Below, one piece after another: positions 8,322-16,693 of a stretch of 64,000 bases of DNA. The stretch lies in contig MAEO01000227.1 in NCBI GenBank assembly GCA_001683985.1, positions 4,958 to 68,957 of the forward strand. The letters run 5' to 3'. The notes under the pieces are model-generated. The model was not told the origin of the DNA. It did not search any database and saw only the letters and a program-made list of their open reading frames with translations. The position numbers and the translations under genes are program-made. The DNA is from Smithella sp. M82. GTDB lineage: Bacteria; Desulfobacterota; Syntrophia; Syntrophales; Smithellaceae. Positions within the stretch are counted from its first letter, which is position 1. Each line of letters begins with the position of its first letter.

Positions 8322-9662
8322 ATGAAGTCCCATATTTTAGTGATTGATGACGACGCGGTCGCCTGTGAATTTTTACAGGAAGCTCTTTCGCTTGACGGCT
8401 ATGATGTAAAAACTTATACATCCGCCAAAGAAGCTTTAAAGCAAGACCTCTCACAGTACGATCTGCTAATGTCCGATATTCGTATGCCTGAAATGGATGG
8501 TTTGCAGTTTTTAAATGAAGTGCACAAAACATGGCCGGATTTGCCGGTTATTCTTATGACCGCTTACGGTTCTCTGGAAACGACTATGGAGGCTATAAGT
8601 CTGGGAGCGTGGGATTATATAAGCAAGCCATTTTCTCCTGAAGATTGCCGGACTATTGTTAAAAAAGTATTGGAAGTCAGGGAACTTCGTGAAAAACGCC
8701 TGAAACTTGATTTATCCGAGGCAGATAAAGCACCGGCATTACTGGGATCATCAGCAGCCATGGTAGAGTTTTACAAACAGATTGCCCGTGTCGCCGATGC
8801 CTCTGCCAGTGTATTAATCGAAGGTGAAAGCGGTACAGGAAAAGAATTAACCGCCCGATCTTTGCACAATATGTCCTCCAGAAGGGAAAAACCTTTTGTT
8901 GTGGTTCATTGCGGAGCTATTCCCGATAATTTGCTGGAATCGGAACTGTTCGGATACGAAAAAGGAGCATTCACCGGCGCCAGTCATCAACATATCGGGT
9001 TACTGGAATCAGCAGAAGGCGGAACTGTTTTTCTCGATGAAATTACGGAAATGTCAACAGCCTTACAAGGCAAATTTTTACGGTTTATGCAAAACGGTGA
9101 AATAAGAAAAATCGGCAGCCACGACGTTCGGCATGTTGCCGTGCGGGTGGTTGCGGCAGCGAATAAAAATATCGACCAGGAAGTGAATGCCGGCCGTTTT
9201 CGTCTGGATCTGTTGTACAGATTCATCGTGCGATTGCATGTTCCGCCCTTGAGAGAACGAAAAGAAGATATTCCTTTGCTTATCGAATCAATGCTGAAAA
9301 AATTCGGTTATCCCAATGTACGCATTTCCGTAGAAGCAATGGAATTACTGATGTCTTATGATTGGCCGGGCAATGTCCGGGAGATGGAAAACGTGCTTCA
9401 GCAAACTCTTCTGTTATCTCCCTTTGCGGTTATTTTACCGGAAAATCTGCCGGTGCGCTTTCAACAGCAACAAGAGCTTGTAAAAAGTAACGCTCCATAC
9501 GAACTTTCGCCGCTGGAAATTGCCGAAAGAGAAAAAATATTACAAACCTTGCAGGCAACTCTCTGGAACCAGTCCAAGGCAGCTCATATTCTGGACATTG
9601 ATCGCAAAACTCTACGTATGAAAATCCGCCGTTATGGATTAATCAGCGAAAAAAAATCATAA
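8322..9662 (+). CDS. sigma-54-dependent response regulator (NtrC family: REC + AAA+ + Fis-type HTH)
   Basis: 446-aa ORF. REC domain (LVIDDD...DIRMPEMDG), Walker A GESGTGKE, GAFTGA motif (GYEKGAFTGA), C-terminal HTH NQSKAAHILDIDRKTLRMKIRRYGL. Confidence 0.9.
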   Translation: MKSHILVIDDDAVACEFLQEALSLDGYDVKTYTSAKEALKQDLSQYDLLMSDIRMPEMDGLQFLNEVHKTWPDLPVILMTAYGSLETTMEAISLGAWDYISKPFSPEDCRTIVKKVLEVRELREKRLKLDLSEADKAPALLGSSAAMVEFYKQIARVADASASVLIEGESGTGKELTARSLHNMSSRREKPFVVVHCGAIPDNLLESELFGYEKGAFTGASHQHIGLLESAEGGTVFLDEITEMSTALQGKFLRFMQNGEIRKIGSHDVRHVAVRVVAAANKNIDQEVNAGRFRLDLLYRFIVRLHVPPLRERKEDIPLLIESMLKKFGYPNVRISVEAMELLMSYDWPGNVREMENVLQQTLLLSPFAVILPENLPVRFQQQQELVKSNAPYELSPLEIAEREKILQTLQATLWNQSKAAHILDIDRKTLRMKIRRYGLISEKKS

Positions 9663-9708
9663 AAATTAATCTTGATTGTTGTCGTGAAATCAATAAGAGT
9701 GCTTAGAG

Positions 9709-11262
9709 CTATGTTGGAAAATAATTTTCCTGCCGGGCTATCGGCAAATTAAGAATTACTGAAGTTCCTTGCCCCTGAACACTTTTTATTTCCAATGTTC
9801 CGCCGTGAACTTTGATTATGTCGCGTACAATGGCCAGCCCCAGTCCACGCATACCTTCATCCTGTTTTGTACTAAAAAACGGTTCGCAACCTTTTTCGAC
9901 AATCTCATGTGCCATTCCTACCCCCGTATCAGTGATAATTATTGATTCAAAGCTTTTAGTGGAGAGATAATTAACCGATATATTGATTTCTCCACCTTCA
10001 GGCATTGCTTCAAGAGCATTTTGAATTAAATTCATCAGCGCAGTTTGAATACGATAACGATCCACATATAAAGGTTTAACATTTTCGTCGATATCCACTT
10101 TCATTTTTACTTTATTCTTCTGCATAAAAGGTTCGATAAGCGGCAAAGTCTCACTTAAAATTTGCTGAATAGTCAAAACTTCAAAATGCGGTTCCGGAAG
10201 GCGCGTGGCTTTGCGCACATTTTGAATTACATTATCCAATCGTTGAGTCTGCTGTATAATTAAATTAAGCTTATGCGCTACATCGGGCGGCCAGCCTTCT
10301 TTTTCTAAAAGGAGTTTAGCCAACCCGCCAATGGAATGAAGCGGTGTGCCCAAATCATGAGCCAGAATGGCCGTTAACTGACCCAGGGCGGTTAATTGTT
10401 TCAAGTCCGTAACCTGTTTCTGTAACTGAACCACCTTGATTGTTTCTTCGCGGATACGGTCCTCCAGATGCTTATTTAGTTCCAGATACCTGGTCATCAC
10501 TTCCTGAATTTCATCAGCCATGACGTTGAAGTGTTGGGATATCTGCCCCCATTCGTCATTCCGAACGATAGGCATTCGATTAATATATTGTCCCTTTTGA
10601 AACTCATCAATCGTTTGAACAATTAACCTCAGAGGTTTTTCAATTATCCAACCGTAACTTAATCCTAATATAAAAAGAATGAACAACAATAAACCGATAC
10701 TGCTGATAACGAGTAATTGTTGGGCACGGTTCATAATCTCGGCATTCATGCGCGAAAAACCAATGATACCCACAACTATATGAGAACTTTTTGTATTTCC
10801 AGAAACAGGATAAAGTAAACCCAATGCCGGACCGCCTTCCGTTTCTATTTTAACATAACGCACATTACCTTTGGCATTGACGGAGGCAACAATATTTTCC
10901 GGCCATTCATATGGTACACGGCTTGCACCGGCCACGTAATCAACATTGCCATGATTGATATCAAAAATATCAATTCTCGCCAGACGAACATCAGATTGGA
11001 TAAAGTCTTTAAGAGCTGAATCAAGGGCAAGAAGTCCGCGCCTTGTAGGAAAATATTGATAAAACGTGCTGATCGTATCAGCTACGCCTTCAAGTCTTTT
11101 TACCTGTTGATCAATCAATATTTTATCCAAAGCTGTAAGCTGAACGATACCCCAAATAGTCATAGTTAGAGCAAGACCTACTACCGTTAACGCCGTCAGC
11201 CTTACTCGTACTGTCAAGTTATAGTTGTAAGTAATTATTCTATCGAAGATTTTTTTAAACAT
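9709..11262 (-). CDS. sensor histidine kinase (2 TM, periplasmic sensor domain, HAMP, HisKA, HATPase_c)
   Basis: 517-aa ORF. TM helices near residues 22-45 and 183-205, H-box AILAHDLGTPLHS, N-box LIQNALEAM, G-boxes DTGVGM and GLGLAIV. Confidence 0.85.
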   Translation of the reverse strand: MFKKIFDRIITYNYNLTVRVRLTALTVVGLALTMTIWGIVQLTALDKILIDQQVKRLEGVADTISTFYQYFPTRRGLLALDSALKDFIQSDVRLARIDIFDINHGNVDYVAGASRVPYEWPENIVASVNAKGNVRYVKIETEGGPALGLLYPVSGNTKSSHIVVGIIGFSRMNAEIMNRAQQLLVISSIGLLLFILFILGLSYGWIIEKPLRLIVQTIDEFQKGQYINRMPIVRNDEWGQISQHFNVMADEIQEVMTRYLELNKHLEDRIREETIKVVQLQKQVTDLKQLTALGQLTAILAHDLGTPLHSIGGLAKLLLEKEGWPPDVAHKLNLIIQQTQRLDNVIQNVRKATRLPEPHFEVLTIQQILSETLPLIEPFMQKNKVKMKVDIDENVKPLYVDRYRIQTALMNLIQNALEAMPEGGEINISVNYLSTKSFESIIITDTGVGMAHEIVEKGCEPFFSTKQDEGMRGLGLAIVRDIIKVHGGTLEIKSVQGQGTSVILNLPIARQENYFPT

Positions 11263-11300
11263 GGTTTGTTTATATCAAAAATAGAAACAATTCACTAGTG

Positions 11301-11342
11301 ACAAACAAAAAGAAGGAGCAGGTTTAACCCTGCCCCTTCTTT
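11301..11342 (-). terminator. Rho-independent terminator after the small secreted-protein genes
   Basis: On the minus strand AAGAAGGGGCAGG/CCTGCTCCTTCTT form a stem with one mismatch, followed by TTTTTGTTTGT. Confidence 0.55.
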
Positions 11343-11370
11343 GAAAGCGCATAATGATTTTTTTATAAAC

Positions 11371-11613
11371 TTATTTTGCAGCGGGAACGGCTTCTTCAGC
11401 AGCCTTCTCTTCGTCTCCCTTTGCTTTCTTCGCTTTTTTGGCTTTCTTTACTTTCTTTTTCTTTACTTCTTTCTTTACTTCGGCTTTTGCCGGTTCAGCT
11501 TTTTCTACAGCGGGAGCGGCGGCAGCAGGAGCTGCAGCGGGTTCGTCAGCCGCCATAACGGTTGTACAAAATGCGAAAACCAATGCAACAACAAACAATA
11601 CTAAACGCTTCAT
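11371..11613 (-). CDS. small secreted Ala/Lys/Glu-rich low-complexity protein (unknown family)
   Basis: 80-aa ORF, AGGAGG RBS 8 nt upstream. Signal peptide MKRLVLFVVALVFAFCTTVMA|AD, mature part contains KKEVKKKKVKKAKKAKKAK. Confidence 0.6.
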   Translation of the reverse strand: MKRLVLFVVALVFAFCTTVMAADEPAAAPAAAAPAVEKAEPAKAEVKKEVKKKKVKKAKKAKKAKGDEEKAAEEAVPAAK

Positions 11614-11706
11614 CTTTAAATCCTCCTTAAAAAATTTGTTTTATTTTAATACCACCCTCTAAAATTAAGGGACTCCCACAACTTTTTCATGAAAATGCTT
11701 TAATCT

Positions 11707-12057
11707 CTAATGGGACTTTATTTCTTTCTGCTTGAATGTAACTTTAACCACTTTTAATGCTATTAATTTTCCATCTTTTTCTACATATGCTATTTTTACA
11801 AAATCATTCACAGCAATATTTTCTGCAGGTTTTTCTAAAGCAAACTCCATATATTCCACATCACCCTTTACAGTACGTTCAATTTTCACTGACTCATCAG
11901 AAATTTCTACAACCTTACCTGTCGCATGCATTTTAGCGGCTTTAACAATATTTGGCTTAACCGCATCGGCCTTAACAGTGGAAGCAGGCCTATCAACGGC
12001 AAAAGCAAAAGTTGACAAAATAAAAATTAAGCCAACTACGTACAAAGCTTTCTTCAT
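11707..12057 (-). CDS. small secreted protein (unknown family, predicted beta-rich)
   Basis: 116-aa ORF, GGAGA RBS. Signal peptide MKKALYVVGLIFILSTFAFA|VD. A sigma-54 promoter lies 38 bp upstream. Confidence 0.65.
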   Translation of the reverse strand: MKKALYVVGLIFILSTFAFAVDRPASTVKADAVKPNIVKAAKMHATGKVVEISDESVKIERTVKGDVEYMEFALEKPAENIAVNDFVKIAYVEKDGKLIALKVVKVTFKQKEIKSH

Positions 12058-12094
12058 GATTAACTATCTCCGCAGCATTTCGAACGCACATATA

Positions 12095-12110
12095 AGCAAC
12101 TAGTATGCCA
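12095..12110 (-). promoter_or_regulatory. sigma-54 (-24/-12) promoter TGGCAT-N5-TTGCT
   Basis: The minus strand reads TGGCATACTAGTTGCT. GG and GC have the exact consensus spacing of TGGCAC-N5-TTGCW. It lies about 38 bp upstream of the ATG at 12057. Confidence 0.6.
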
Positions 12111-12202
12111 TCGAAAGAATTTTAATAATTATTTATAAATAATTGAAATTATTAATTATTTTTTTTCAATGTGCAGCGCCACTTTGCTTTTTTTAGGTAA
12201 AC

Positions 12203-12238
12203 GATGAATAATTCCCCGGAGCTGGGGAATTATTCATC
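12203..12238. promoter_or_regulatory. Perfect 15-bp inverted repeat (6-nt spacer), candidate enhancer-binding-protein UAS
   Basis: GATGAATAATTCCCC ggagct GGGGAATTATTCATC. It lies about 95-130 bp upstream of the sigma-54 promoter, separated by very AT-rich DNA. Confidence 0.4.
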
Positions 12239-12361
12239 AAACATATTCCTGATTTTTATGGCAAATCTATAAAAACTGAATTCCCAAAGAAATTATATTA
12301 TGCGCGATTGACCGTCGATATCCTTTCATGTTACGTCTAAACAAAATATGGAAACAAACAC

Positions 12362-13699
12362 ATGATTGAAGAAAAAATGGATTGGGATATTATTGTCGTG
12401 GGAGGTGGAGCCTCCGGTCTTATGGCCGCGGGCCGTGCAGCGGAATGCGGCGCAAAAGTTTTACTAATCGAGAAAACAGACGGTTGCGGCAAAAAAATTC
12501 TGGTCAGCGGCAAGACGCGCTGCAACCTGACCAATTCGGCTGATCTGAAAAATTTTGTTTCCATGTACGGCAATAACGGCCGTTTTCTTTTCAGCGCTTT
12601 TCATAAATTTTTCCGTCCCGAACTACTTAACTTCTTAAATAAGTACGGTCTGCTCACCAAATTAGAACGCGGCGGCAGAATATTTCCTGTCTCCGATAAC
12701 TCTCATGATGTTTTACGAATCTTTAAAAAGTATCTCTCCATTAATAATGTGCAAATAAAACTAAACACTAAAGTCAACGGCATTACGATAAAAGATAACG
12801 CTGTTTGCGGCGTTAAAACAGAACACGGAAATTATCATTGCAAAGCTGTTATCCTGGCAACAGGCGGCGCTACCTGGCCTTCCACCGGATCTACCGGCAA
12901 CGGTTATAAAATCAGCGCCGCGCTCGGGCACCATATAGAGAAACTTAAACCTGCCCTGGTGCCGCTGATCGTAAAAGAGCAGAAACTTGCAAAATCCATG
13001 CAGGGAGTTAGTTTACGTAACGTACGAGTCACAGCTTTTCAGGGTGAAGCAGTCTCAATCGATTCTAAATTAACGCCTGATTGCGTTTACGGGCGCGGTG
13101 AAAAGAAATCTCCACGTCCCCCAGTAATTGAAAGCCGTTTCGGAGAAATGCTCTTTACTCATTTTGGATTAGGCGGCCCGATTATTTTGCTGATAAGTCT
13201 GTCTGTTGTGGAAGCACTGGAAAAAGGCCCGGTGTCTTTATTAATTGACCTAAAGCCGGCTCTGACCCGTGAACAGCTTCATAAGCGCCTGCAACGGGAT
13301 ATGGATAACTCCAGTAAAAGAAAAATCAGCGGCATCATCAAAGAATATCTACCCGCCAAAATGATTGAACCGTTTATCGATTTAACCGGCATTGATAAGG
13401 AAAAACTGGCTCATCAGATAACAGCTGCCGAAAGAGGAAAGATTGTCGAGCTTTTCAAAGCTCTGCGTTTCAATATAAAAGCGCCTTTATCACTTGAAAA
13501 AGCCATAGTTACTGCCGGAGGCGTTTCGCTTGATGAAATAGACCAGCGCACGATGGTTTCCAAGCTGATTAAAGGATTATACTTTTGCGGAGAGCTTATG
13601 GACATTGACGCCGATACCGGCGGTTATAATTTGCAGGCTGCTTTCTCTACCGGCTATCTGGCCGGCGAAAAAGCCGCCGAATATGCAATCCATCTCTAA
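12362..13699 (+). CDS. NAD(P)/FAD-dependent oxidoreductase, HI0933/BaiN-like flavoprotein
   Basis: 445-aa ORF. N-terminal dinucleotide fold DIIVVGGGASGLMAAGRAAECGAKVLLIEK, then GKKILVSGKTRCNLTN, typical of the HI0933 family. Confidence 0.8.
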   Translation: MIEEKMDWDIIVVGGGASGLMAAGRAAECGAKVLLIEKTDGCGKKILVSGKTRCNLTNSADLKNFVSMYGNNGRFLFSAFHKFFRPELLNFLNKYGLLTKLERGGRIFPVSDNSHDVLRIFKKYLSINNVQIKLNTKVNGITIKDNAVCGVKTEHGNYHCKAVILATGGATWPSTGSTGNGYKISAALGHHIEKLKPALVPLIVKEQKLAKSMQGVSLRNVRVTAFQGEAVSIDSKLTPDCVYGRGEKKSPRPPVIESRFGEMLFTHFGLGGPIILLISLSVVEALEKGPVSLLIDLKPALTREQLHKRLQRDMDNSSKRKISGIIKEYLPAKMIEPFIDLTGIDKEKLAHQITAAERGKIVELFKALRFNIKAPLSLEKAIVTAGGVSLDEIDQRTMVSKLIKGLYFCGELMDIDADTGGYNLQAAFSTGYLAGEKAAEYAIHL

Positions 13700-13835
13700 A
13701 TCAAAGCGCTCTCTTTGTTGGCACAGCCTGCCCCGGCGAAGGCCGGGGTCGTCAGTTTCCTCAACGTATTACTTAATATGCCTCGTCACATCTTCATCGC
13801 CGCTTCGATATCATCTTTGATTTAAAAACGGAATT

Positions 13836-13885
13836 ATGTATTGTGTCCCTTAAATTTTGAATGTATTGTGTCCCTTAAATTTTGA
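13836..13885. repeat. Exact tandem duplication of a 25-bp unit (ATGTATTGTGTCCCTTAAATTTTGA x2)
   Basis: 13836-13860 and 13861-13885 are identical by direct reading. Located in a convergent intergenic region. Confidence 0.9.
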
Positions 13886-13900
13886 AATACGACTTGGTAC

Positions 13901-15259
13901 TTAGCTAATGAGTGGCGTAAAGATTTCGCTCAGCGTCGGATGTGCGATTACCCAACTGCACAATTGTTTTTTGGTTAATTCATTGGAAACTGCGAGAGTA
14001 AGTGGAGCAATCAGTTCCGCCGCATCTTCACCGACAATCGTTGCGCCGATAAGTTTGTCCTCGTAAAAGATTGCCTTGACAAACCCCGGCCCCATCAATT
14101 CCGCACGAGCGATAATATTGACGCTGTACTGGGATTTCACAACTTCCACGGATAGACCTTCGTCTTCCACCCTCTTCTGTGTGTAGCCGACGCGCGCGAT
14201 CTGCGGATGACTGTAAACAATCGAAGGAATGACATTCTCGTTATAAGGGAAGTCTCCGTCGCCAAAAATATTTTTCGCGGCAAATTTTGCCTGATGCTCC
14301 GCCCGGTGCGCCAGCATCATTCCACCAGTAACATCGCCCACAGCATAAATACCGGCGACATTCGTCATCATTTTTGAATCTACCTTGATTCCGGCTTTTG
14401 TATATTCAATACCGAGTCTGTCCAGCTCTTCCGTATGCAACAGAGGCTTTCTGCCTGTGCAAAGAAGCGCGTAATCGGCGCTTATTTCCAGTTGTTTGCC
14501 TTCCTTTTGCGCTGTCATCACAACTGAATTGCCTGTGACTTTCAGGCTCTCCAGTTTTGTAGAAGTGTTAATAGCGACACCCATCCGGGTCAATTCCTGT
14601 TTGAGCAAATCGGCACACTCCTGATCTTCCAGGGGAATGATTCTGTCTAAAATTTCCACAATGGTTACTTTCGTGCCCAGTTCGGCAAAGAAGGTGGCAA
14701 ACTCTACACCAATGACACTCCCGCCGACGATAATAATGCTCGCCGGAAGCGTATTTAAATTCAAAATGCCGTCCGATGTTAAAATCCTTTCAGAAAAATT
14801 TACGCCCGGAAGCACCTGCGGCACAGAGCCCCAGGCAATCATGATATTTTGAGTTTGGAAATTTTCATTTTTCCCCGACGAATCGGTAAAACGAACTTCC
14901 GCAGCAGAAATAACCTCGCCGACGCCCTGTTTGATTTCCGCTCCCGCATCGGTGAGCAGTTTCTGCGCGCCCAGAGCGGATACTTTCACAATCTGCTGCT
15001 GGTGTTTTTTGACGGCGGCAAAATCAACGGACGCCTCGACAATATTTATTCCCATCCTCTTGAGTTTTTTCAAATCGGCAAAATGCTTGCTGCACGCCAA
15101 TAGCGCCTTGGTCGGAATACAGCCTCTGTGCGTGCAGGTGCCGCCCCAGCCGTTTTTTTCAATGATGAGAACTCTTTTTTTCTTCGCCGCCGCAACTTCC
15201 GCCGCCGCAACTCCCCCCGGCCCTCCACCGATAATTATTAAATCATACTTTTCTGACAC
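13901..15259 (-). CDS. lpdA: dihydrolipoyl dehydrogenase (E3 / L-protein)
   Basis: 452-aa ORF. FAD fold DLIIIGGGPGG, redox-active disulfide GGTCTHRGCIPTK, C-terminal HAHPTLSE motif. Confidence 0.85.
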   Translation of the reverse strand: MSEKYDLIIIGGGPGGVAAAEVAAAKKKRVLIIEKNGWGGTCTHRGCIPTKALLACSKHFADLKKLKRMGINIVEASVDFAAVKKHQQQIVKVSALGAQKLLTDAGAEIKQGVGEVISAAEVRFTDSSGKNENFQTQNIMIAWGSVPQVLPGVNFSERILTSDGILNLNTLPASIIIVGGSVIGVEFATFFAELGTKVTIVEILDRIIPLEDQECADLLKQELTRMGVAINTSTKLESLKVTGNSVVMTAQKEGKQLEISADYALLCTGRKPLLHTEELDRLGIEYTKAGIKVDSKMMTNVAGIYAVGDVTGGMMLAHRAEHQAKFAAKNIFGDGDFPYNENVIPSIVYSHPQIARVGYTQKRVEDEGLSVEVVKSQYSVNIIARAELMGPGFVKAIFYEDKLIGATIVGEDAAELIAPLTLAVSNELTKKQLCSWVIAHPTLSEIFTPLIS

Positions 15260-15420
15260 TTATTTACCTCATAATTTATAGAATCATTTTGATTATGAAA
15301 ATATTGACTATTTACTATTCACTTTTCACCATTCACTTTTTTTAATTTCCTCTGAAAATACACATCTAAGTTATTGTTTATATTGTTATTTAAAAACTAT
15401 CCTCATCAAATCCCCCTCCA

Positions 15421-15565
15421 TCCCCCTTTTCTAAAGGGGGAAGTTCCCCTCTTGGACAAAGAGAACAGGGCCTGAGTTCCCCCCTTTTCTAAAGGGGGAA
15501 GTTCCCCTCTTGGGCAAAGAGGACAGGACTTGAGTTCCCCCCTTTTCTAAAGGGGGGTGAGGGGG
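15421..15565. repeat. 58-bp tandem repeat (about 2.4 copies); each unit carries the hairpin CCCCCTTT-tct-AAAGGGGG
   Basis: The period of 58 bp was measured between equivalent positions (15427, 15485, 15543). The two full units differ at about 4 positions. Confidence 0.85.
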
Positions 15566-15605
15566 ATTTTTATCCTCCTTTGTGACGGATACCGTCATGT
15601 GGGTT

Positions 15606-16469
15606 TCACCTTGCTTTCGCTGCGTGATAGGAGCTACGTACCAGCGGCCCGGACTCCACATATTGAAAACCCTTTTGGTAAGCGATTTGCTTGAACTCGG
15701 CAAATTCGTCAGGATGATAGTATTTGGCCACCGGCCAGTGTTTGAGAGTCGGCTGCTGGTACTGCCCGATGGTCAGGCGCGCGCACGATGCCGCTGCCAG
15801 ATCGTCAATCAGTTGCCGAATATCTTCTCGGCTCTCGCCGAATCCTATCATAAAACCGCTTTTGGAAATAATGGAAGACGAACTTATATTTTTGAGAAGC
15901 TTCAGCGAAACATCGTAATTGCCCTGAGGGCGCAATTTCGTAAATATCGGTCTGACAACTTCCATGTTGTGATTGATGACATCAGGTTTGGCCTTAAGAA
16001 CTTTTTGCAGAGCGTCCAGATTACCCTTAAAATCGGGAATTAAAACTTCTACCTTGCAGGATGGATTTTCTTCACGCAACCTGACAATACAATCGGCAAA
16101 AACCGAAGCTCCGCCATCCGGCAAATCGTCTCGGGTAACAGATGTAATCACCACATATTCCAGTTTCATCTTTTTTACGGCATCTGCCAAATGTCGGATT
16201 TCATTTTCGTCAACCGCCGCCGGATAACCGTGTTCCACATTGCAATAAAGGCAGTCTCGCGTGCAGACATTGCCCATAATCAGAAAAGTTGCAGTGCCCA
16301 AGGCAAAGCATTCCGCCATGTTGGGACAGGCCGCTTCCTGACAAACAGTGTGTAACTGAAGATGGGAAAGCATCGATTTTATCCTGCGGCACTCATCGGA
16401 ATAAGGAGGCCGGACTTTTAACCAGTCAGGTTTGCGGAGGATTTGTTTGGCGCTTTGACGTTCGTTCAT
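15606..16469 (-). CDS. lipA: lipoyl synthase
   Basis: 287-aa ORF. KPDWLKV start, auxiliary cluster CQEAACPNMAEC, radical SAM CTRDCLYC. Confidence 0.9.
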   Translation of the reverse strand: MNERQSAKQILRKPDWLKVRPPYSDECRRIKSMLSHLQLHTVCQEAACPNMAECFALGTATFLIMGNVCTRDCLYCNVEHGYPAAVDENEIRHLADAVKKMKLEYVVITSVTRDDLPDGGASVFADCIVRLREENPSCKVEVLIPDFKGNLDALQKVLKAKPDVINHNMEVVRPIFTKLRPQGNYDVSLKLLKNISSSSIISKSGFMIGFGESREDIRQLIDDLAAASCARLTIGQYQQPTLKHWPVAKYYHPDEFAEFKQIAYQKGFQYVESGPLVRSSYHAAKAR

Positions 16470-16693
16470 AAAGTTACATTTAGAAAATATTATAAAACGG
16501 AAGTTAAGCTCCTTGCGCGAAGCGTATAGTTGAGATTAGCGGGGCTGTTCAAAAGCTTTCCCGTACTTGATACGGGATGCTCAGATGCAAGGCGCGCAAA
16601 AATCCGAACCGCGAGGCGTATATTTACATACGTTGAGCGGTGCTGTTTGCAGCGCAACGCAACGGATGGGTGTTTTTCAACAGTCCTATAGTA

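Noticed and set aside
11341-11662. Three plus-strand ORFs (87, 60 and 74 aa) overlapping the Ala/Lys-rich gene
   Set aside because: They arise from the low-complexity repeat sequence. Only the minus-strand frame has a strong RBS, a canonical signal peptide and a downstream terminator.
15421-15565. CRISPR array
   Set aside because: There are only about 2.4 directly abutting 58-bp units with no unique spacers between them, and there are no cas genes in the window. It is a tandem repeat.
15431-15703. ORFs encoded by repeat DNA (also 13605-13820, 16567-16752, 27466-27657, 33012-33308, 33283-33477 and 35235-35420)
   Set aside because: Their reading frames run through the hairpin or tandem repeat modules (for example ...PLEKGG...SPFRKGG...), overlap real gene ends, and have no RBS. 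They are artefacts of GC-rich repeats lacking stop codons.
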